DNA of 64,000 bases from Candidatus Bilamarchaeum dharawalense (lineage in GTDB: Archaea; Micrarchaeota; Micrarchaeia; Anstonellales; Bilamarchaeaceae), in assembly GCA_902386555.1 (NCBI GenBank), contig CABMJJ010000009.1, forward strand, positions 345,870 through 409,869, written 5' to 3'. A model generated the notes under the pieces. It made no database searches, was not told the origin of the DNA, and saw only the letters and a list, made by a program, of their open reading frames with translations. Position 1 is the stretch's first letter; each line of letters opens with the position of its first letter. This document shows, one piece after another, positions 57,851 through 64,000 of this stretch. The position numbers were made by a program, and so were the translations under genes.

Positions 57851-58330
57851 TCATTCTATTCTCTGGCCAAACATATTATGGTACCACCAATAGGGCAATT
57901 TAACTCTTGCTGGTAGGGTATTGACAAATTTCGTCCCTAAAGTTAGAAAATGCCATTTGTGTTCTGGAAGATTGAAAGCAGCAGCAAGATCCCAGACGGG
58001 TGGAATAAGAAAGATAACGTTTTCAGAAACACGAGAAAGCTCTTTGTAAAATTTCTCAGGATCATCAACATGTTCTATGATGTGGGATGCCATGACAGTC
58101 TTGAACTGTTTGTTCTTGAAAGGAAGATGATAGATGTCCTTTATCAAAACAAAATTAGGTACTTTTCTCGGGACAACATCAGCATTCAGACCACCGCCAT
58201 CGGTAGGACCGCAACCTATGTTCAAATCCCATTTTTGCTTTTTAAAATAATGCAGTTTTAGTGGGTAATAGTCAATGATGTGGGTTACAATTACTAGGGC
58301 AAACAAAACCAATAGTGCTTCTAGGATCAT
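57851..58330 (-). CDS. Membrane-anchored class I SAM methyltransferase (type 11-like)
   Basis: LNIGCG, LPFKNKQF and SHIIEHV motifs; start reassigned to MILEALLV. Confidence 0.82.
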   Translation of the reverse strand: MILEALLVLFALVIVTHIIDYYPLKLHYFKKQKWDLNIGCGPTDGGGLNADVVPRKVPNFVLIKDIYHLPFKNKQFKTVMASHIIEHVDDPEKFYKELSRVSENVIFLIPPVWDLAAAFNLPEHKWHFLTLGTKFVNTLPARVKLPYWWYHNMFGQRIE

Positions 58331-58382
58331 GGGTATAAAATCAAGGCTAGGATTTTTAACCTTGACATGGATAGTTGGCCAT

Positions 58383-58967
58383 ATGGACCTCCCAAGTGCC
58401 ATCGTAACTTGCTTTATTACCATATTTGCGATTATGGATCCGTTTGCAAGTCTGCCGCCTTTTTTGATGTTTACTAAAAATTACAAAAAAGAAGAAACAA
58501 TAAAAGTTGCAGACCGAGCAGTGCTGATAGCAGGTGTGGTGGCTATTATTTTCATGGTGGCCGGACCGTACATACTCGCTGCATTATCCATAACATTATC
58601 AGACTTTAGAATCGCGGGTGGGATTGTTTTGGTCTTACTTGGAATTGAAAATACACTGAATATTCATCTTAATAAAAATAAAAAAGACGAGGGGTTGGAT
58701 TCGGCTGCAGTATTGATAGCAACCCCTTTGCTCACAGGGCCAGGACTCATGACCAGCCTGGTGATATTAAATAAAGAGAATGGAATAACCCCGGTCATAA
58801 TAGCATTGATAGTGTCCCTTATTTTATCTCTAATAATTTTTAGAAATGCAACAAAAGTAAGAAACCTGCTTGGTCCAAGAATCATTATGATTTTCTCTAA
58901 AGTGATGGGATTATTTTTAATCGCCATAGGGATTGCGTTCATTAGAAGCGGGATGTTAGGCGGTTAG
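58383..58967 (+). CDS. MarC-family membrane protein
   Basis: IMDPF, FRIAGGIVL, ATPLLTGPG and KVMGL motifs. Confidence 0.92.
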   Translation: MDLPSAIVTCFITIFAIMDPFASLPPFLMFTKNYKKEETIKVADRAVLIAGVVAIIFMVAGPYILAALSITLSDFRIAGGIVLVLLGIENTLNIHLNKNKKDEGLDSAAVLIATPLLTGPGLMTSLVILNKENGITPVIIALIVSLILSLIIFRNATKVRNLLGPRIIMIFSKVMGLFLIAIGIAFIRSGMLGG

Positions 58968-59008
58968 ACATTCGCTATCAATTTAAATTCTAAGTTTGAA
59001 TAAGTAAT

Positions 59009-60097
59009 ATGGAATATACTATTTCTACATTGGGAAGCCACTCGGCATTGGATGTTTCTGAGGGCGCAAAAAAAGAAGGATTTAGGAGTCTGGTTGTTGC
59101 CCAACGAGGGCGAGAGAAAGTTTATCTTGGACCCTATAAAACCCGAAAACGTGGGAAAAAGGAAATCGGAGTTATTGACGAGCTTCTTTTACTTGGAAAG
59201 TTCAATGAGATCCTAACACCAGGTAATAGGGAATTTATGAAAAAAAGAAACTGTATTTTCGTTCCGAATAGATCATTTGCAGTCTATGTTGGTTATGAGG
59301 GTATAGAAAAAGAATTTGATATCCCAGTTTTTGGAAATAAATATTTACTACGAGCTGAGGAGAGAGATGTTCCCAAGAACCAGTATTATCTGATGGAAAA
59401 GGCAGGAGTTAGAACTCCAAAACAGTTCAAATCACCGAAAGACATAAACAAATTAAGCATAGTGAAGGTGAGTGAAGCAAAACGAACCTATGAAAGAGCT
59501 TTTTTCCTTGCAAGAAATTTCGAGGAGTACACTGAAAGAAGCGAAGCGCTAATAAAAAGCGGTAAAACAACGAGAGAACAGCTACAGAAAGCAAAAATTG
59601 AAGAGTATATTGTCGGTGCACAATTCAATCTAAATTTCTTTTATTCACCAGTGCATGAGGAATTGGAGCTTCTTGGGGTTGATACCAGAAGACAGACCAA
59701 CCTGGATGGGTATCTTAGAATGCCGGCTGATGTCCAGCTGGATTTGTTGAAGATGCAACAACCATCCACAATAGAAGTGGGACATATCGCCTGCACACTT
59801 AGAGAATCGCTACTTGAACAGGTTTATGAAGTTGGGGAGAATTTTGTCCGGGCAGTCCAGAAAGAATATAAAAATGGGATTATTGGACCTTTTGCTCTAC
59901 AGGGCGCTTTTGTAGAAGAGGAAGGGGAGAAATTTGTTTGTTTTGATGTTTCACTTAGAATGCCAGGCTCGCCGGGAACACGATTCACCCCCTATTCAGA
60001 ATACATGTTTAGAGAAAGCATTAGTTTTGGAAGAAGAATTGCAATGGAAATAAAAGATGCGCAAAAAGCGAAGATGATGGATAAAATTACTACCTAA
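59009..60097 (+). CDS. purP: Formate--AICAR ligase, PurP family
   Basis: LGSHSALD, VPNRSF, RAEER, IIGPFALQ and GRRIAMEI motifs. Confidence 0.93.
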   Translation: MEYTISTLGSHSALDVSEGAKKEGFRSLVVAQRGREKVYLGPYKTRKRGKKEIGVIDELLLLGKFNEILTPGNREFMKKRNCIFVPNRSFAVYVGYEGIEKEFDIPVFGNKYLLRAEERDVPKNQYYLMEKAGVRTPKQFKSPKDINKLSIVKVSEAKRTYERAFFLARNFEEYTERSEALIKSGKTTREQLQKAKIEEYIVGAQFNLNFFYSPVHEELELLGVDTRRQTNLDGYLRMPADVQLDLLKMQQPSTIEVGHIACTLRESLLEQVYEVGENFVRAVQKEYKNGIIGPFALQGAFVEEEGEKFVCFDVSLRMPGSPGTRFTPYSEYMFRESISFGRRIAMEIKDAQKAKMMDKITT

Positions 60098-60115
60098 TGG
60101 AATGGAAATAAAAAA

Positions 60116-60523
60116 TTAGTAGTATTGATTTCCGTTGTGGCCCAGTAGGAATGGACTTAGCATTTTGTAGGCCTTTCGCGGTTTATCAACTTGGATGGCA
60201 AAAACACCATCTTCCTTATCTGCAGAAAGCATTGAGAGTTCGGTAACCGTGATGTCCTCGATTTCTAACATCTCAGTAAGTTTTTCCATTGAATCTCCGG
60301 AAACTTTTACAACAATGGCCTCTGGATGAGCAAGACTGAAACCATTACCTTCCAGAATGGTGGATGCTTTCTTTGGATCCTTCACTTCTATGGAGATTAC
60401 GGCCTTACCACCAACAACATCAACAAATAGGCCATCAATATTAACTCCAGATTTACCAAGAATATAAGAAATATCAGCTAACAAACCAACCCTATCATCA
60501 GAAATTATTGTAACAGATTTCAT
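60116..60523 (-). CDS. Tandem ACT-domain protein
   Basis: DRVGLLADISYILGKSGVNI ACT signature. Confidence 0.88.
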   Translation of the reverse strand: MKSVTIISDDRVGLLADISYILGKSGVNIDGLFVDVVGGKAVISIEVKDPKKASTILEGNGFSLAHPEAIVVKVSGDSMEKLTEMLEIEDITVTELSMLSADKEDGVFAIQVDKPRKAYKMLSPFLLGHNGNQYY

Positions 60524-60533
60524 TTCATATCAC

Positions 60534-60812
60534 CTATAATAATTGAACCAGATCATTACTGATTTCGTCCAATTCTTTGAATGTTCTATAATTATCAGCT
60601 GAGCCAACCATAAACGCCCGCACTTTTGCTCTTGCCATGGACTTAACCACCTGCATTTTTTCAGGTGTACTTAACTCAATGTCCTCGTTACGCAACATGT
60701 TACACAAAGCAACCATGTGATGAATCACACCTGATGGATCGCTTTCCAACGATGATGCAAGTCCGATAAGTTTTTTGGTCTTATGCCTGGTCTTTCGGGT
60801 TTTAGCAAACAT
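60534..60812 (-). CDS. Hypothetical protein
   Basis: 92-aa ORF preceded by a GGGGG SD-like site. Confidence 0.55.
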   Translation of the reverse strand: MFAKTRKTRHKTKKLIGLASSLESDPSGVIHHMVALCNMLRNEDIELSTPEKMQVVKSMARAKVRAFMVGSADNYRTFKELDEISNDLVQLL

Positions 60813-61008
60813 AACTGTCCCCCCACTAGAGTAGTATATATTTAGGGTAGTATTAATATGTTTCGCTAAATTTTATGTGTAATTTATTAGTTGTTTTTTA
60901 AATTTTATGTAAAAAAACACATGATTTTTGTTACAAACAGGACAGGTTAGTACCACAATCATAACGAAAAAAGAAACCAATATATGGGTTTTTCAATAAA
61001 TAGAAATC

Positions 61009-61899
61009 ATGCGAATTGTTATTGCTGATCAGATGGAAGAAGAGGTAGTAGACGAAATACGGAAATTGGGCCAGGTTGACTATAAACCAAGTGATGTAAA
61101 AAAAGCACTGGTTGACGCTGACGTATTAATAGTACGAAGTGCTACCAAAGTTACTAAAGAGCTTGTTTCAGATGCAACAAAGCTTAGGGTAGTTGCCAGG
61201 GCAGGAGTCGGACTTGATAACGTTGATCAACAGGCATGTAAAGATAAAAAAATAAAAGTATTGAATACTCCCGGAGCTTCAAGTAATGCGGTGGCTGAAC
61301 TTGCACTTGGACTTATTATGTCAATGATGAGGAATGTCCAGAAAGCTCATCACCAGATGAAAAATGGGAAATGGGATAAAAAAAATTTAATCGGAAGTGA
61401 AGTTGCTGGAAAGACACTTGGAGTAGTTGGGTATGGGAGAATTGGTTCCATGCTTGGTAAAAAAGCCCAGGCGTTAGGAATGAGTATTATAGCCTATAAT
61501 CCACCACCAAGAATTACAGTGGAAGGGATAGAGTATATAGAGGATATAGCTGACCTTTTTTCCAAAGCTGATATCATTTCTCTTCATGTACCGGCAACCA
61601 ACGAAACAAAAAATTTGATCAATAAACAGAATATAGCAAAGATGAAAGATGGAGTGTTTATCGTTAATACCTCCCGCGGAGAAATTATAGATGAAGATGC
61701 TTTGTATGAGGGTTGTAAAAGCGGGAAAATTGCTGGGGCTGCTTTGGATGTTTTCTGCAATGAACCATACACGGGGAGGTTATTGGAGCTGGAAAATGTT
61801 TGTTTCACTCCCCATTTGGGCGCTAGTACAAAAGAAGCGCAGGTAAGGATAGGACAAGAGTTGGTGGCACTTCTACAGGCTGAGTTGAATGTTGACTGA
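61009..61899 (+). CDS. serA: D-3-phosphoglycerate dehydrogenase-like D-2-hydroxyacid dehydrogenase (short form)
   Basis: VRSAT, RAGVGLDN, GYGRIG, NTSRG, LDVF and TPHLGAST motifs. Confidence 0.88.
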   Translation: MRIVIADQMEEEVVDEIRKLGQVDYKPSDVKKALVDADVLIVRSATKVTKELVSDATKLRVVARAGVGLDNVDQQACKDKKIKVLNTPGASSNAVAELALGLIMSMMRNVQKAHHQMKNGKWDKKNLIGSEVAGKTLGVVGYGRIGSMLGKKAQALGMSIIAYNPPPRITVEGIEYIEDIADLFSKADIISLHVPATNETKNLINKQNIAKMKDGVFIVNTSRGEIIDEDALYEGCKSGKIAGAALDVFCNEPYTGRLLELENVCFTPHLGASTKEAQVRIGQELVALLQAELNVD

Positions 61900-62620
61900 T
61901 TTGATAGGTGGAGCAGTATTAGTTACACTTGCTACGGGGTTAGGTGCATTGAGCACATTTTACATAAGCGATATTTGTAAAAGTAAATATACCCTGTTGC
62001 TTGCATTCTCGGCAGGAGTAATGATGTTCACTTCACTAGAGATGATTTCACAGGCACACCATGAAATTGGACACGTTTTGACTGCCGTTGGTCTCCTGTG
62101 TGGTATGCTTTTGATTTTTTTATCAGAAAAACTTTTACCTCATATTCATCAGCAAATAAAAAAAACAGAATTACCAACGTCTAAGAAAAAGGCTGCACTT
62201 ATTGTTGGAACAATCGCAATACACAATATCCCCGAAGGATTTGCAATAGCAGCCGCTTTTGCTGGATCGGTTCCTCTGGGGTGGTTTACGGCTACTTCCA
62301 TGGCAATACAGGATGCACCAGAGGGTGCGCTCATTTCAGCACCATTAATTTGTTATGGTCTTGACAAAAAAAGAGCAGTTGGGTTTGGGATTCTTTCCGG
62401 GGTTGTTGAAGGCCTGGCAGCCGTAATTGGCTATTTGTTTTTGACTGTTGTTTTGAGTCTGGTTCCATTTGCACTTGCTTTCTCTGCTGGAGCAATGATG
62501 TACGTGGTTCTGGTGGAGATAATGCCGGATGTTTTAAGAGAAAAGGAAAAATATGTTGGTTCGTTGGTTTTTATTATAGGGATAGTGATTGCCTTTCTTC
62601 TGGCAGGATTATTTTCGTAG
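61889..62620 (+). CDS. ZIP-family (ZupT-like) metal transporter
   Basis: FSAGVM, HNIPEG, QDAPEG and AGAM motifs. Confidence 0.92.
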   Translation: MLTDLIGGAVLVTLATGLGALSTFYISDICKSKYTLLLAFSAGVMMFTSLEMISQAHHEIGHVLTAVGLLCGMLLIFLSEKLLPHIHQQIKKTELPTSKKKAALIVGTIAIHNIPEGFAIAAAFAGSVPLGWFTATSMAIQDAPEGALISAPLICYGLDKKRAVGFGILSGVVEGLAAVIGYLFLTVVLSLVPFALAFSAGAMMYVVLVEIMPDVLREKEKYVGSLVFIIGIVIAFLLAGLFS

Positions 62621-63250
62621 GTGTTTTTTGAACCACTTCAAACTGTGCTTGGTAGCTTCTCGTTGGGTTCCTGGCTCATCGAAAAAGTGCCCAGCATTGG
62701 GAACCACGATCATGAGTTTTTCTCCAGCCATGTTAACATAGGCCTGCTCATTTAACTCACAGATTATTTCGTCCTCTTCACCAACTATAAATAGCATCGG
62801 TGCTTTTATCATATCAAGATAGGACATGGACAGATCGGGCCGCCCGCTTTTCGAGACGATGGCAAAGATATCTTTTTTTAGTTTGGATGCTGCGATTATA
62901 GCTGCCGCAGTACCGCTGCTTACGGCAAAGTACCCCATTCTTAATTTCTTGACCTCGGGTTGTTTTTTTAACCAGAGAGTTGCGGCTATCAGACGCCTAG
63001 AAAGAAGGCGGATATCTAGGTTATTCTTATTGGAATTGTCCTCTTTTTTAGTAAGCATATCAAAAAGCAGAGTGCCCATATTGTTTTTGTTTAGTACTCT
63101 GGCAACGGAATTGTTTCTTGGGGCATACCGTCCACCCCCACCACCATGGGCAAATATAATTATAGATTTGGCTCTCGGTGGGATTGTTAGGCTACCCTCG
63201 AATTTTTTTGAATCGATTGGGATTATAACTTTCTTATTGACAAATGCCAT
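62609..63250 (-). CDS. Dienelactone hydrolase-like alpha/beta hydrolase
   Basis: FAHG...PRN, GYFAVSSG, GRPDL and GHFFDEPG motifs. Confidence 0.85.
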   Translation of the reverse strand: MAFVNKKVIIPIDSKKFEGSLTIPPRAKSIIIFAHGGGGGRYAPRNNSVARVLNKNNMGTLLFDMLTKKEDNSNKNNLDIRLLSRRLIAATLWLKKQPEVKKLRMGYFAVSSGTAAAIIAASKLKKDIFAIVSKSGRPDLSMSYLDMIKAPMLFIVGEEDEIICELNEQAYVNMAGEKLMIVVPNAGHFFDEPGTQREATKHSLKWFKKHLRK

Positions 63251-63549
63251 TATTCCACTTCTGCTTCGATGGTATCTGGTTCCACAGTGGCAATTTTCTC
63301 TGCAAAAGTACTTGGCATTGTCCCCTTTGGAAAAACCACTGTGTCCTTGTGTTTGATGGGCAATTGAAACTCTTCAGCCAGACGAACCATTTCAGTGGCT
63401 GGGATATAGTGCTTGCAAACTAAAAAGGGCACATCACCATGAGCGGTTTTTTGTTTTTGAACTTCTAATCGGTGACTTTGTCTTAATCCTGCAACAAAAA
63501 CTTTAACATCAACAAAACCCTGTTTGAGTATTTCCTGTTTACTAGTCAT
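63250..63549 (-). CDS. Hypothetical protein
   Basis: ORF overlapping the NAD kinase stop and abutting the next gene. Confidence 0.6.
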   Translation of the reverse strand: MTSKQEILKQGFVDVKVFVAGLRQSHRLEVQKQKTAHGDVPFLVCKHYIPATEMVRLAEEFQLPIKHKDTVVFPKGTMPSTFAEKIATVEPDTIEAEVE

Positions 63550-64000
63550 TTTTTCCCACTCCACTAAAGAATATCATATCAGAACCTTTTTCTACATTTA
63601 CTATTTCGCCACTTTTTAAATTTCTAATAAAAATACCATCGATGATAAACGCGCAATCAGCACCTGCCTTAATGGATACCTTTCCGTTCTCGTTTAAAAC
63701 TTCTGGTAAAAAAGCGCGTTTGTAGGCACAGATGGGAACAACAGCTATTTTTCTTTCAGTTGGTTTGAACTTTGCACCGCCTGCAGAATAGGCATAGGCT
63801 GCAGAACCTATTGCTGATGAAACGATCATCCCATCACCTTCGAAGGAATGGACATCGCCGCCTGCGGTTACGTCCATCTCAGCCACCCGGTAGCGCGTGG
63901 CATGGATAACCACATCATTCATAACATGGAATTTTTTCCCGGCAACTTTACAGGTCAGTGTCATTATTTTTTCTCTATGGTGATCATCCAGTAGTTTCAA
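63542..64000 (-). CDS. ppnK: NAD kinase family protein, C-terminal part (runs off the window end)
   Basis: NDVVI, GDGMIVSSAIGSAAYAYSAGG (a divergent GSTAY..SAGG) and IDG. Confidence 0.82.
   Translation of the reverse strand: MKLLDDHHREKIMTLTCKVAGKKFHVMNDVVIHATRYRVAEMDVTAGGDVHSFEGDGMIVSSAIGSAAYAYSAGGAKFKPTERKIAVVPICAYKRAFLPEVLNENGKVSIKAGADCAFIIDGIFIRNLKSGEIVNVEKGSDMIFFSGVGKND

Noticed and set aside
60813..61008. Replication origin
   Set aside because: No ORB-like repeats and no adjacent orc1/cdc6.
95..63356. Numerous short antisense or alternate-frame ORFs in the track (e.g. 14931..15425, 16069..16587, 35010..35555, 62826..63356)
   Set aside because: They are shadows of well-supported genes, with atypical composition and no motifs.
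1..64000. tRNA, rRNA, transposase or intein sequences
   Set aside because: None recognised. Intergenic gaps are short, and GyrA, GyrB and RadA have normal lengths without insertions.

Overview
This is a gene-dense, AT-rich archaeal chromosomal segment. Archaeal markers include gatDE, radA, the archaeal CCA-adding enzyme, purP, aglB/STT3, archaeal pheS and a CTP-dependent riboflavin kinase. Compact intergenic regions, leaderless-type TATA boxes and the gene mix suggest a DPANN lineage such as Micrarchaeota; this taxonomy is an inference. Housekeeping content includes gyrBA, ftsZ, pyrDK, purD/purP, a riboflavin operon, bacterial-type GAPDH and a TadA/TadC pilus-assembly pair. The strongest candidate for an undescribed system is a chromosomal, relaxase-free Ced/Ted/T4SS-like module at 433-5902: a CedA/VirB6-like membrane protein, a PrgI/VirB4-N-like membrane protein, a VirB4/HerA-like ATPase and a coiled-coil winged-helix partner. 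A VirB2/CedA1-like pilin lies 38 kb away, beside a DUF736-like gene and radA. Other notable items are a C/D-box guide sRNA missed by the ORF track (predicted targets 23S U2552 and 16S U820, E. coli numbering), a RibC-RibH fusion, an AglB with WWYYG instead of WWDYG, a 71-bp exact repeat between otherwise diverged paralogues, and a membrane protein ending in a Roadblock-like domain. I recognised no CRISPR array, tRNA, rRNA, integrase or transposase. All family assignments come from reading motifs by eye; no database search was run.
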